Sequence record: NC_010583.1
Length of the DNA: 64,000 bases
Origin: Escherichia phage Eps7
Direction: 5' to 3' (one strand)
The notes beneath the pieces are model-generated. The model was given only the letters and a program-made list of their open reading frames with translations, did no database searches and was not told the origin of the DNA. A program made the translations under genes and the position numbers. Below are positions 25,198 to 35,029 of the stretch, piece by piece. How positions within the stretch are numbered: the stretch's first letter is position 1; every line of letters starts with the position of its first letter.

Positions 25198-27072
25198 ATG
25201 AATCGCAATGAAGAACTAAAATATAAAGGAATGCAGTCCTTAATTCGAAACTGCAAAGAAATTATCGAAGGTTCAGCAGATGAAGAGCTGCTGTTTAATA
25301 ATGCCAATAAACCCTCAGAACGTTTCCCTACACAAAGGGATATGCTTGCAGGGGAATTGAGTAAATATCTGATTCTGGAAGAAATGCCAATACAGATTCG
25401 AAATGCTCACATGATTGGTGATATTCACTTCCATGATGCTGATTACGCTGCGTTAGGTATGACTAACTGTTGCCTGGTTGCTTTGGAAGATATGTTGAAG
25501 AATGGTATGAAGGTTGGTAATGCTGAAATCAGTACACCAAACTCTATTACTACTGCGGCTGCTATTACAGCTCAGATTATCACTCAAGTTAGCTCCCATC
25601 AGTATGGTGGTACTTCTGTAGACCGATTAGATGAAGTATTGGCTCCTTATGTTCGTAAGTCTTACGATAAGAATCATGCGTTTGCAAAGCGTTGGACTAA
25701 GGATGAAGCCAAAGCATCTGTAATGGCTACGGAAATGACTGAGAAAGAAGTGTACGATGCCTGTCAAGGTCTAGAATATGAAATCAATACGATGTTCAAC
25801 TCTAATGGTCAGAGTCCATTTATTACCTTTGGGTTTGGTCTAGGAACTTCTTGGGAAGCACGTCTTGTACAGAAAGCAATCCTAGAAGTGCGTATGGATG
25901 GTTTGGGTATCAATAAACGTACTGCTATCTTCCCTAAACTGGTATTTGTTCTGCGAGATGGCGTAAACATGAAGCCTGGAGATGTCAACTACGATATCAA
26001 GAAGTTGGCTATGAAGTGTACTGCCGAACGTATGTATCCTGACTATATCAGCTATGATAAGGTTGTAGAAGTTACGGGAGACTACAAAGTCTCTATGGGC
26101 TGTCGTTCATTCCTGGCTGCTGCGGAAGATGGTGAAACTTCTGGTCGTAACAACTTAGGCGTTGTTTCCGTAAACCTTCCTCGAATCGCTATCGAAGCGG
26201 AAGGAAATATTGATCTATTCTTCGATCTGCTTGAGCTGCGTGTGGATACCGCGTTAAAAGCATTGGAGTGGAGAGTTGATCGCTTAAAATACATTCAAGC
26301 TAACGCTGCGCCCATCCTCTATATGTCAGGAGCCTTTGGATTACGTCTGGGGCCAGATGAATATGTATTTGATCATTTCTACAAGCGTGCTTCTGTATCC
26401 CTAGGATATATTGGCTGCCACGAAATGTTGCAGCTCATGTTTGGTAAAGATGTTGATACAATGTCTGAGTCTTGTATCAAGTTCGTTCAACGTGTGTTAC
26501 AATACATGCGTGATCGTGCTGATCAGAAGAAGGAAGAGACTCAATTAGGGTATAGTCTGTATGCTACACCATCTGAATCTCTATGTGATCGCTTCTGTCG
26601 TCTAGATCGTGAGTATTTCCCAGAGCATGAAGATATTCTGGCTAAAGGATATTACACTAACTCTCATCACCTTGATGTGGAGCGTAAGGTTGCTCCAAAT
26701 GTGAAGTTTGATTATGAGTCTAACTTTACTCCTATTGCTTCTGGTGGGTGCATTTCCTATGTGGAATTACCCGATATGAAACGATTCCCAGATGCGCTGG
26801 AATGGGTTATTAACTATGCTGCAAGTAAGGTTCATTACTTCGGTATTAATACTCCAGTAGACTCCTGTGGGGAATGTGGGTTCTTGGGTGAGACTATAGC
26901 TTCTGAGGATGGTTTCAAATGCCCTATTTGTGGCAACCATGACCCTGAGACTCTTGAGGTAACTCGTCGAGTTTGTGGATATCTTGGAAATCCAGGTGCT
27001 CGTCCGTTTAACCCAGGCAAACAGCATGAGGTAATGGGTCGAGTGAAACATCAGGACATTCGCGCTAAATAA
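25198..27072 (+). CDS. nrdD: anaerobic ribonucleoside-triphosphate reductase (class III)
   Basis: 624 aa; C-terminal glycyl-radical motif RVCGYLG and CxxC zinc ribbon (CPICGN). Confidence 0.85.
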   Translation: MNRNEELKYKGMQSLIRNCKEIIEGSADEELLFNNANKPSERFPTQRDMLAGELSKYLILEEMPIQIRNAHMIGDIHFHDADYAALGMTNCCLVALEDMLKNGMKVGNAEISTPNSITTAAAITAQIITQVSSHQYGGTSVDRLDEVLAPYVRKSYDKNHAFAKRWTKDEAKASVMATEMTEKEVYDACQGLEYEINTMFNSNGQSPFITFGFGLGTSWEARLVQKAILEVRMDGLGINKRTAIFPKLVFVLRDGVNMKPGDVNYDIKKLAMKCTAERMYPDYISYDKVVEVTGDYKVSMGCRSFLAAAEDGETSGRNNLGVVSVNLPRIAIEAEGNIDLFFDLLELRVDTALKALEWRVDRLKYIQANAAPILYMSGAFGLRLGPDEYVFDHFYKRASVSLGYIGCHEMLQLMFGKDVDTMSESCIKFVQRVLQYMRDRADQKKEETQLGYSLYATPSESLCDRFCRLDREYFPEHEDILAKGYYTNSHHLDVERKVAPNVKFDYESNFTPIASGGCISYVELPDMKRFPDALEWVINYAASKVHYFGINTPVDSCGECGFLGETIASEDGFKCPICGNHDPETLEVTRRVCGYLGNPGARPFNPGKQHEVMGRVKHQDIRAK

Positions 27073-27078
27073 TGAATC

Positions 27079-27108
27079 AGCCAGATCGCTAGTCGATCTG
27101 GCTTTTAT
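27079..27108 (+). terminator. intrinsic terminator
   Basis: Hairpin agccagatcg...cgatctggct followed by TTTTATTTTATTT. Confidence 0.6.
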
Positions 27109-27113
27109 TTTAT

Positions 27114-27142
27114 TTGCTTTCGAGCTAAAACTTATGTATAAT
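27114..27142 (+). promoter_or_regulatory. T5-type promoter (TTGCTT, 17 nt, TATAAT)
   Basis: -35 TTGCTT, 17-nt spacer, -10 TATAAT, leader ...AAATTTGAGAGGAGAAAGACT then ATG. Confidence 0.6.
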
Positions 27143-27171
27143 TGATTTATAAATTTGAGAGGAGAAAGACT

Positions 27172-27453
27172 ATGAGCAAATTGCTTCCGAAAGTAGATGT
27201 TTCCCATCTTGGAGAGCCTAGTGAAGAACGTAAGGCTCTTGATTGGCTAGGTGGATTTGATTATCGTCGTGTTGTTGCAACATGGAATACTGGTAAGGTT
27301 AAAAAATTTCGTGTGCATTATGTTGGCAAAGATAAGTGGCTCTGGATCGATTATGAAGAATCGAAGGGATCTACTAAGGCTGTAAAAGTCTATCGTATGA
27401 ATGGGTATTATTATGCTCATTGTGATAAGAATGAATTTACAGTACAGAACTAA
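27172..27453 (+). CDS. hypothetical protein (93 aa)
   Basis: ORF starting MSKLLPKV after cassette RBS. Confidence 0.5.
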   Translation: MSKLLPKVDVSHLGEPSEERKALDWLGGFDYRRVVATWNTGKVKKFRVHYVGKDKWLWIDYEESKGSTKAVKVYRMNGYYYAHCDKNEFTVQN

Positions 27454-27462
27454 GGAACAAGA

Positions 27463-27829
27463 ATGAAGAACGTAAGACATCTTAAATATCGCTTAATTTA
27501 CAACGGACGTATGGAAACAGAAGATCTAGCTCAGCTAGCGATCAATTCAGATGAAGTTACGGTTCGTGCTTTATCTATTGAGAAGCTGCGTGCTTCTTAC
27601 GAAAATCGTATTATGGAACTGGAGGAGAAACTGTATGGACTTCTTGAATCAGAATCTAAAAAATAATCTAGAAAACATGCTTATGGAGCAGTGGAACTCT
27701 GGGTATAATGCTGGGGTGGCTACTTGTATTGCGGGGTTGGATATGCTTATTAAGCAAGAAAAGGTACGTCCAGAAGAAGCAATTCTACTCCAAAATATCA
27801 TCGAAGGATTCAAGCAAGGAATCGTATAA
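27463..27829 (+). CDS. hypothetical protein (about 121 aa; apparent frameshift at A6 tract 27658-27663)
   Basis: ORFs 27463-27666 and 27551-27829 join in-frame if the A6 run is read as A5. Confidence 0.4.
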
Positions 27830-28643
27830 TGCGTAGACTAATCGTTGTTAGTGGTGCAGGTTTGAGTGTAGATAGTGGTGTTCGTGCTTTCCGTACTGAT
27901 ACTGCTAGTGGTAAAGCGTTGTGGGATGATTATGACCTAGAAGAGGTATGTAATATTCATGCCTTTCGTGGTAATTTTACCATAAAACTCATATGTTTTA
28001 CAACAAACGTCGTGAAGAGTTACAAACTGTTGAACCTAACCTAGCTCATTTGCGTATTGGTGAATGGTATAAACGGTATCCAAATCAAGTGGTAAACCTT
28101 ACTACCAATGTTGATGATCTAATCGAACGTGCTGGAGTGCCGAGAGAAGATATACTCCATATTCATGGATATCTGAAAGAAATTATTGTAGAGCATGCGT
28201 TCGACCAGACACGTGATGTTATTGATATTGGGTATAGTTCTATTGATCCAGATGACTTTGATTGGGTTAAACCTAACGTTATCTTCTTTGGTGAGGTTGC
28301 TCCTGCCTATAAAACAATGTATGAGGTTTTTGATGGTATCACCAGTCATGATATGATCATCATTGTTGGGTGCTCTAACCAAGTAATTAACTTCTACTGG
28401 GAGCTATTTCCTGTTCTGAATCTTACTGCTGCAAAACTTATGGTAGTTAACTATTACGATAGTGCAGTAGCTATGGAACCAGGCTATCAGGGCATGACTC
28501 GTAGTGAAATGTATCAGTTAGAAGAACGTGGTATTCCTTACTGGAGTAAAGGTGCTGTGGATGCCTTTAGTGATCCCGATTTTATTGCTCGTGTGGAAGC
28601 TCATCTAGAAGGTAAACCCTATGTTCAACAAAAGCATGTGTGA
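27829..28643 (+). CDS. Sir2 (sirtuin)-like NAD-dependent protein (frameshifted at A4 tract 27984-27987)
   Basis: N-terminal GAGLSVDSGVRAFR (compare sirtuin GAGIS.ESGI..FR), central NVDDLIERAG...ILHIHG, later IIIVGCSN; two ORFs in adjacent frames. Confidence 0.55.
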
Positions 28644-28803
28644 TCTTTTAGTGTGGCCGGATGGTAGTTGGTGCTACCGTTTCGAATTTGCTACCGATGA
28701 TTTCTCATGGAAGAGTGATGATTTCTGTGTTATCTATGAAGATACAGCAGAATGGAAAGAGTTCCTTATTAAGGAGGGAGAATATGGTGAAGAAGATTTT
28801 TAA
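28621..28803 (+). CDS. hypothetical acidic protein (60 aa)
   Basis: ORF MFNKSMCDLLVWPDGSW...; overlaps Sir2-like stop. Confidence 0.4.
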   Translation: MFNKSMCDLLVWPDGSWCYRFEFATDDFSWKSDDFCVIYEDTAEWKEFLIKEGEYGEEDF

Positions 28804-28969
28804 GGGTATCTGGAAAGGTCTAGTATGGTTTGTCAACCTAATCGGTATGATTACCATTTATTCTCTGTTCCTATCTGTTATGTGGGGTAAAGGTGAATTG
28901 AAGGTTCCAGTTCCTTTTACTGATGAAGTTAAAGTCTGGACGTGGGATGCTACTGGTGGAAATAAGTAA
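28784..28969 (+). CDS. small membrane protein (61 aa)
   Basis: MVKKIFKGIWKGLVWFVNLIGMITIYSLFLSVMW hydrophobic helix; AAGGAGGGAG RBS. Confidence 0.45.
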   Translation: MVKKIFKGIWKGLVWFVNLIGMITIYSLFLSVMWGKGELKVPVPFTDEVKVWTWDATGGNK

Positions 28970-29462
28970 TACTCCTATAATTTTCCTGGATATTGATGGG
29001 GTGCTCAATTCGAGCATCTCTCACCATCATGCTCCAGATAGTGAAAAGCTATTCTTTGGTAGTGATTGGGTTTATAAGCCATTACTCCAGGCTTTTCAGA
29101 ACTTCCTTAAACCTTCTCCAATAATGATTGTTGGGGTATCTTCATGGTTTTCTGTACGAAACGAGATGGAGAACGTCCAGAGTATGACCGGGCTCGGTTT
29201 GATCGATCGTTTTCTTGGTACAACAGATTTTACTGGTGGCGGTTTATCTCGTGGTAATTCTGTCTTACGTTTCGTAGAAAAACATAAGCTCAAGCATTGG
29301 TGCGTCCTAGATGATGCTGGTGCTATGATGTATCAATTTCCTACTGTTATTGTAAATGGCAGGACTGGAATAAACCTTCAAGATTTAAATGCTATCAGCT
29401 ATATGCTGGAGTTTAGTCCAGATCTTGAAATGTGTAAGGCTCTTCAGAAACTCAAGGTGTAA
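28947..29462 (+). CDS. HAD-superfamily phosphatase-like protein
   Basis: HAD motif I IIFLDIDGVLNS; start uncertain. Confidence 0.5.
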   Translation: MLLVEISNTPIIFLDIDGVLNSSISHHHAPDSEKLFFGSDWVYKPLLQAFQNFLKPSPIMIVGVSSWFSVRNEMENVQSMTGLGLIDRFLGTTDFTGGGLSRGNSVLRFVEKHKLKHWCVLDDAGAMMYQFPTVIVNGRTGINLQDLNAISYMLEFSPDLEMCKALQKLKV

Positions 29463-29464
29463 AT

Positions 29465-29893
29465 ATGTTCGATAATCTTTTCATGAAAGAGGTAAACCCT
29501 ATGCTCCTCAACTTCTGGCGATCTCTCCCTGATGGTATGTATAATGAAACCATCAATCTGCTCAAGATTTGGTGTGAGAATAACGATATCTTCTTATCCT
29601 TTAAAGGCCCACTAGAGGAAGCTCCGTGTATTGGAGTTAGCGTGGATTTAGGGGAGGGAGTAGAAGAGATTGTAGACTGGAAAGAACTAGATGAAATGGG
29701 TCTGGTTTTTGCCTTGAACCATAAGCTGTTTATGCCTGCAAATCACCGTCTTATTGTAAACTATCGCACTGGTGAAGCTCCTGCTTTCCAGGTAAATGAA
29801 CGGGAGGGCTGGTCATATTCGCCCGAAGAAGTAAATGAGGGGATTCAGAAACTTCGTCGTTTCGGGTATATGATCCCAGGTTTAACTGCTTAA
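29465..29893 (+). CDS. hypothetical protein, paralog A (142 aa)
   Basis: Shares LVFALNHKLF.P...YMIPGL with the next gene (LIVALNFSIFHP...YVPGL). Confidence 0.55.
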   Translation: MFDNLFMKEVNPMLLNFWRSLPDGMYNETINLLKIWCENNDIFLSFKGPLEEAPCIGVSVDLGEGVEEIVDWKELDEMGLVFALNHKLFMPANHRLIVNYRTGEAPAFQVNEREGWSYSPEEVNEGIQKLRRFGYMIPGLTA

Positions 29894-29902
29894 GGAGGCA
29901 GA

Positions 29903-30298
29903 ATGGAACAAGTATTTTGGCGTCAGATAGATCCTAGTTTGGTAGAGCGTGCTGAGGGGCTCCTTGCACGTTGGTTGGGGGTTGACAAGGTTAGTGTAAC
30001 ATTTCCGTTTACTTCTGTAACAGACCCTAGTGTAGGTGTCTTTGTGGACGAAGATGAAGATGATGGTTGGGAAGCTGACTGGAATGAATTGTCCAGTATG
30101 GGCTTGATTGTTGCCCTCAACTTCTCTATATTCCACCCACGTGGTTTAGCTATTACACGTGATCCCGAAACCGGTGAATCCCCTTATCTTTTGCAAGTAG
30201 AAGATGATATTTGGGAGTACACCGAAGATATTCTCGAAGAAGCTAAAGGTCAATTAAATCGCATTGGGATCTATGTTCCAGGCCTAAATGATGATTGA
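29903..30298 (+). CDS. hypothetical protein, paralog B (131 aa)
   Basis: Tandem paralog of 29465-29893. Confidence 0.55.
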   Translation: MEQVFWRQIDPSLVERAEGLLARWLGVDKVSVTFPFTSVTDPSVGVFVDEDEDDGWEADWNELSSMGLIVALNFSIFHPRGLAITRDPETGESPYLLQVEDDIWEYTEDILEEAKGQLNRIGIYVPGLNDD

Positions 30299-30321
30299 TT
30301 TTCATTAGTCCAATCCTGATT

Positions 30322-30345
30322 ACCGAGTCATTTTGGCTCGGTTTT
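30322..30345 (+). terminator. intrinsic terminator
   Basis: Hairpin accgag...ctcggt followed by TTTTCTCT. Confidence 0.5.
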
Positions 30346-30390
30346 CTCTGTGCTCAAAGACACTGATAGCACCTTACGGAAAAATTTTAC

Positions 30391-30419
30391 TTGCAGGATG
30401 GTCAAAATCTTGATATAAT
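30391..30419 (+). promoter_or_regulatory. T5-type promoter (TTGCAG, 17 nt, TATAAT) with about 490-nt untranslated leader
   Basis: -35 TTGCAG, 17-nt spacer, -10 TATAAT; conserved leader start ATTTATATTGAATTGAGAGAC but no ORF until about 30916. Confidence 0.5.
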
Positions 30420-30915
30420 ATTTATATTGAATTGAGAGACATTAGTAAAAATTGATTTTGCTAATTTTTCTTGTTTACAATCCGCAATACGGAACAGTTA
30501 GGCTGCCCCATTAAGGGTTGTTTTAACTATTACTAGTGTTTATACTGCATTAGTTAATTATCAATTAAGTGATCTGCGTACCCTGAATTCGGAAAGGTAA
30601 ATCCAAACCGTGCATATTTAGCTCGTTATATAGGCAGAGCTTTATATGGGGGTGCGAACGAAAAGAGCAGCGAATGGTGACACGTCCAGTAGCCACCTAC
30701 CAATAGGATAGTGAGGGCAATCAGAATCGGCTTAGCGGCCAATGACCTAGGTTCTGATCTGGATAAGAGTTAAGAGAGCGCAGCACTGAGGTATGATAAC
30801 TTATTCATACTGCTTGATGATGATTAATGTTTGTGTAAATGGTAGTAATAGTTGTTCTATTCTTTTGAATAGTCCTAAAGAAAGATATTCGAATAACCAA
30901 CATAGGAGTATTGTT

Positions 30916-33705
30916 GTGTTCTCAATCCTACAAGGTCACGCAGGATTTTCCAGAGATAAAGCTACTGGCATCTGGAAAGAGATCAAAGTGGAAGATTACA
31001 CCTTTGCAAAGCGATTCTCTAAAGAGCATCCAGAAGGTAAACCAGCTTCCATGCCCTTCAAATTTGATGTACTTGAAGAACTTGACCCGCAAAACCTTGC
31101 TGAAATGTTACCTATCATGCGTCGTCTTACCAAAGACCCGCATATTGTAGCTATTCGTGGTAAATGTTTAGCCCCAAAAGATAATGTGCGTCGTACCAGG
31201 GGAAACTTTAACGTATCCAATCCTAGTCATATTATTGCTATGGACGTGGATGGTATTGTAGATACTGGTGGCTATGACAAGTTTAATCTTGTTGGCATGG
31301 CACGTCATATTATTAAGATGTTGAATAGTATTAGTGAGGATATGTTTCCTCTTGATGCAGGGTTTATTGCCCATGCATCGTCTTCGGCTGGATTAAAACC
31401 AGGTATCCGAATGCACTTAATGCTAGAATCTAATGTCAAGGTAACGCAGGGACAGTTAAAGTTCTTATTTACATCTATCAATGATAGTAGTAAGCAAAAG
31501 TACGGCTTTGATATTGCTGACTTAGCTTATTATTCTTCTGTTCAGCTTCACTATTTCGCAGATCCCTTATTTGATGATGGTATAGTCGATCCGTTTAAAG
31601 CGGAGAATAAACCACGTCTTGTGTATGTTAAGGGTTCGAAGGTAAATCTACCTAATAACCTAGTTGACTTTGAAACAACTAGAGGTGAGTTTAAAGAAGA
31701 GTTCTACTCCTTACTTGACCAAATTAAAGGCAAGAAGGCTGCATCTGATAAAGTGGAAGAAACCATCAGCGAACTAGAAGAAGCTGAGGATGGAGTGTAC
31801 CTGCGTATTATTCCAAAACTTTATCACAGAGCGTTAGAAGATGGTGTTGACTTTACGTGGTTAGAACGTGAAATTAAACCAGCTTTATCTGAGTATATTG
31901 CGACTAAAGATAATAGTCGTAATATTCAAGATTACTTTAATAACGGTCGTAAGCAGGCTCTCAAAGCCTTTGTAAATAACTCCAAACGTGAGATTCCACC
32001 AAACTTAAAAGGTGTACCATTAAAACGTCTAGACACAGATTCTCCACCAGAAGTTCCATACCTGAAAATTAACATTGTACCACCAAAAGGACATTTAACA
32101 TTTGTTAAGGCAAGTCTTGGTACGGGTAAAACTACCGCAGTAACTAAGTGGCTAGATGCAGGTGTTCTTCCAGGAAACTTTATTGCAATCACAAATACTA
32201 GGGCACTTGTATCTTCTAACGCGAAGAAATTCGGTGCTGGCCAGTATGATAAGTCAGTTGATATGCTGAACTTCAAACGTGGTGCCATTGATCGTATGTC
32301 TTCAACTATTCACTCTATCCATAAGTTCAAGAGCTTTGTGGGTCAGATTGATACGATCTTTATTGATGAATGTGACGCAGTAATGAATGATCTGTTATTC
32401 GCTCCGGTTGTTAAAAACCGTCGTGAATGTATTCAGGTTCTTCGTGATATCCTTATTACTGCTAAAACTGTTATCTTATCCGATGGTGATATCAGTGCAG
32501 AAACGATTGAAGCCTATGGTTCTTTGATTGATTTTGATAAACCAGTCGCATTTTATAATCACCACCGTAAAATGCTGGCGAAAGCTCATGCTTATGAATT
32601 CCCTGATGAATCCAGTATTTGGGTTGCACTTCAAACATCTTTAGAGATGGGGGAGAAATCAATCCTAGTATCTGACTGTGGCCCGGATGAACTGAATGAG
32701 AAGGGAATGGCATTACGTCGTAATACTGGTGCGTTAGTTAAAGAAATTCACTCAAACTCTACGTCTGATGTAGATATCCGACGTATTCTGGATTATACAA
32801 CTAATGAGCTAATTGATCAACAGATTGATTGTTTATTATGTAGTCCATCTGTAACGAGTGGTGTTGACTTTAACTATTTTGATAACGTATTCGTAATCAC
32901 TAGAACCTCAAACCAAGCGCCAAACATGCGTTTTCAAGCAATCAGGCGCGACCGTGGTGCTCAGAACATTTATTATTTTATTGATAAATCTACGAGTGGA
33001 TTTTCTGCGGGTTCCGAGCAATATAATATTGACGAAGGTTGGATTGAGTTAGCCCAACAACTGTACGCACGTCGTCGTGAGCTGGAATCTAGAAACTATA
33101 CCAGTACTTTGCGGTATTATCTTCTCGATCAAGGTGCAACTATTGATATTTTCAGTGAAAGCTGGGGAACTATCGAAGGTGCAGGCAAAGAGTATACAGA
33201 AGAGCGAATCAAAGCTATTTTGCACTCAACTCCTGAATATTGCGCACCACGTCATGCAGACGCATATGAAGCTAAATTGCTTCTGGTTCGCTATTATCAT
33301 CTGGATTCTATCAAAGATGTAACAGTGGAACATGTTGAACAGTATATCAAGGATAAACCGAATGATCGAGCTGCATTTTTCCACAAGATGCACGACATGT
33401 TCTGGGAAGATATTAAAAAGTGTTCAAACGTAACAATCAAACCGTTTATCGAAGCTCTTAAGAATAAGAAGAAGGATTTCTTCCTTAAGACAGGTCAGAG
33501 CGCTAACCCAAAATATGCTCGTATGTATCTTGGCATGATGGGTATCGGTAAAGATCTGGATACGGAAAAGATTGTGGACTGGTACAGAACTTACTGTAAG
33601 ATCGAATGTATGCCGATTCCAGTTAAGTTTATGACAGACGAAGAACGTCAGATGCACGAGGAAGCTCTTGCTGAATTGGGAGCTAGAAATGACAGTGAAG
33701 AATAA
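30916..33705 (+). CDS. large P-loop NTPase/helicase-like replication protein (putative origin-binding protein)
   Basis: Walker A GTGKTT, DExD-like IFIDECD; likely start GTG 30916 with AGGAG RBS 7 nt upstream (ORF track starts at 30793). Confidence 0.55.
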   Translation: MFSILQGHAGFSRDKATGIWKEIKVEDYTFAKRFSKEHPEGKPASMPFKFDVLEELDPQNLAEMLPIMRRLTKDPHIVAIRGKCLAPKDNVRRTRGNFNVSNPSHIIAMDVDGIVDTGGYDKFNLVGMARHIIKMLNSISEDMFPLDAGFIAHASSSAGLKPGIRMHLMLESNVKVTQGQLKFLFTSINDSSKQKYGFDIADLAYYSSVQLHYFADPLFDDGIVDPFKAENKPRLVYVKGSKVNLPNNLVDFETTRGEFKEEFYSLLDQIKGKKAASDKVEETISELEEAEDGVYLRIIPKLYHRALEDGVDFTWLEREIKPALSEYIATKDNSRNIQDYFNNGRKQALKAFVNNSKREIPPNLKGVPLKRLDTDSPPEVPYLKINIVPPKGHLTFVKASLGTGKTTAVTKWLDAGVLPGNFIAITNTRALVSSNAKKFGAGQYDKSVDMLNFKRGAIDRMSSTIHSIHKFKSFVGQIDTIFIDECDAVMNDLLFAPVVKNRRECIQVLRDILITAKTVILSDGDISAETIEAYGSLIDFDKPVAFYNHHRKMLAKAHAYEFPDESSIWVALQTSLEMGEKSILVSDCGPDELNEKGMALRRNTGALVKEIHSNSTSDVDIRRILDYTTNELIDQQIDCLLCSPSVTSGVDFNYFDNVFVITRTSNQAPNMRFQAIRRDRGAQNIYYFIDKSTSGFSAGSEQYNIDEGWIELAQQLYARRRELESRNYTSTLRYYLLDQGATIDIFSESWGTIEGAGKEYTEERIKAILHSTPEYCAPRHADAYEAKLLLVRYYHLDSIKDVTVEHVEQYIKDKPNDRAAFFHKMHDMFWEDIKKCSNVTIKPFIEALKNKKKDFFLKTGQSANPKYARMYLGMMGIGKDLDTEKIVDWYRTYCKIECMPIPVKFMTDEERQMHEEALAELGARNDSEE

Positions 33706-33922
33706 AAAGTGGGAAACAAGGAAGTTTCCAGTAAAAGAACGTAAAACTTCTGTTTACGATACTGCGGAGAAACTATGTAGGGTTGTACCACCTCGTCTCG
33801 CTGGCATCCCTAATGTCTCCATATGGTTACTTAAACAACGGAAGACTCGTGTGTCTCTTCGCATTGGCTTTGAGTTAGATAAAGTCTATGCTGAACTTGC
33901 TTCTTTGCTCAAAGAATCATAA
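33689..33922 (+). CDS. hypothetical protein (77 aa)
   Basis: ORF MTVKNKKWETRKF... overlapping previous stop. Confidence 0.45.
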   Translation: MTVKNKKWETRKFPVKERKTSVYDTAEKLCRVVPPRLAGIPNVSIWLLKQRKTRVSLRIGFELDKVYAELASLLKES

Positions 33923-33931
33923 AAATTTTAT

Positions 33932-33960
33932 TTGCTTTCAGGAAAAATTTTCTGTATAAT
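33932..33960 (+). promoter_or_regulatory. T5-type promoter (TTGCTT, 17 nt, TATAAT)
   Basis: Conserved leader ...ATAAATTTGAGAGAGGAGTTTAAAT then ATG at 33992. Confidence 0.6.
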
Positions 33961-33991
33961 AGATTCATAAATTTGAGAGAGGAGTTTAAAT

Positions 33992-34696
33992 ATGGCTGGT
34001 TCTCGTAGAAAGAAACTTATCCATGAAATCCCTGATGAAACCTTTAAAAAGGTTATTGAACATCTGGAGAATGGTGGTACTAAGAAAGCAGCCTGTGAGA
34101 TGCTCGGTGTTTCTTCTAACCCAACTATGGAACGAATGATCGAGGAATGGAGAGATCGTCAGGTTCAAGTTGCGGAAATGAAAAAGAAGAAGCGCGGAAC
34201 ACTAATTGAAGGTGTTGAGCTTGCAAACGTAATTGAACAGTATCTTTCTGGTGATTCTTTTGAAGAAATCGCAGATCGTAACTATCGTTCTGTAGCGATG
34301 ATTAAATCTGTTCTGGAACGTTATGGTGCTCTGCTTCGTTTAAACGATATTGTTGATCCATTGAATCCTCCATTGATTCCTGATGATGCAATGGCAGAAG
34401 AATTTGAAGTTGGCGAACTTGTTTGGGTTCCCGGCTACCAGTGTATTGGTGAAATCAAGAAAGCAATGACTAACCCAGTTGGCTGCTACCGTGTTTGGTT
34501 GTTATCAGAAGGTAAACAACAGAACGTTCACTATATGCACTACGAATTAGCTTCTGTTAAACATCTGGAAAAGCTGGGAGTTGATGTTAAAGCTCTGGGC
34601 TTTAAATGGAGCCGTGAAGAAGTTATCACGTTGGTTAATGAAGCTGTTAAAGCCGCCCTGAAACTCGATAAAGAGAAAGGAAAACGTCGTGAGTAA
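33992..34696 (+). CDS. hypothetical protein (234 aa), possible HTH DNA-binding regulator
   Basis: N-terminal helix-turn-helix-like segment (GGTKKAACEMLGVSSNPTMERMI); strong promoter. Confidence 0.55.
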   Translation: MAGSRRKKLIHEIPDETFKKVIEHLENGGTKKAACEMLGVSSNPTMERMIEEWRDRQVQVAEMKKKKRGTLIEGVELANVIEQYLSGDSFEEIADRNYRSVAMIKSVLERYGALLRLNDIVDPLNPPLIPDDAMAEEFEVGELVWVPGYQCIGEIKKAMTNPVGCYRVWLLSEGKQQNVHYMHYELASVKHLEKLGVDVKALGFKWSREEVITLVNEAVKAALKLDKEKGKRRE

Positions 34697-34922
34697 ACTA
34701 ACTGATCTGTTAAAAGCTGGAGACGTGAAATATCTCCAGCGAGATAGCTGGAAGAACACCCGAGACTTTACATTCTTGTTAAAATTTGATGTAGATAGTG
34801 ACACTGTTAAGCTATATGAGTGGCCTAGTATACACTGCGTACGCCCGATAGTAACAGTAGTTAATCTTAGTCTAGAAGAAGCTCTGGCCGACGATTGGGA
34901 GATCGTTGAACTAGATGTGTAG
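34689..34922 (+). CDS. hypothetical protein (77 aa)
   Basis: ORF overlapping previous stop. Confidence 0.5.
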   Translation: MSKLTDLLKAGDVKYLQRDSWKNTRDFTFLLKFDVDSDTVKLYEWPSIHCVRPIVTVVNLSLEEALADDWEIVELDV

Positions 34923-34942
34923 CAGTTACTGAAAAATTTCAG

Positions 34943-34971
34943 TTGCTTAATCCTGTAATTCTTGATATAAT
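34943..34971 (+). promoter_or_regulatory. T5-type promoter (TTGCTT, 17 nt, TATAAT)
   Basis: Preceded by a short palindrome (actgaaa..tttcagt). Confidence 0.55.
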
Positions 34972-35029
34972 ATTCTCATAGTTTGAAAGAACTATTCTGT
35001 TTAATTCTTAATTAAGGAAATCGAAAAAT

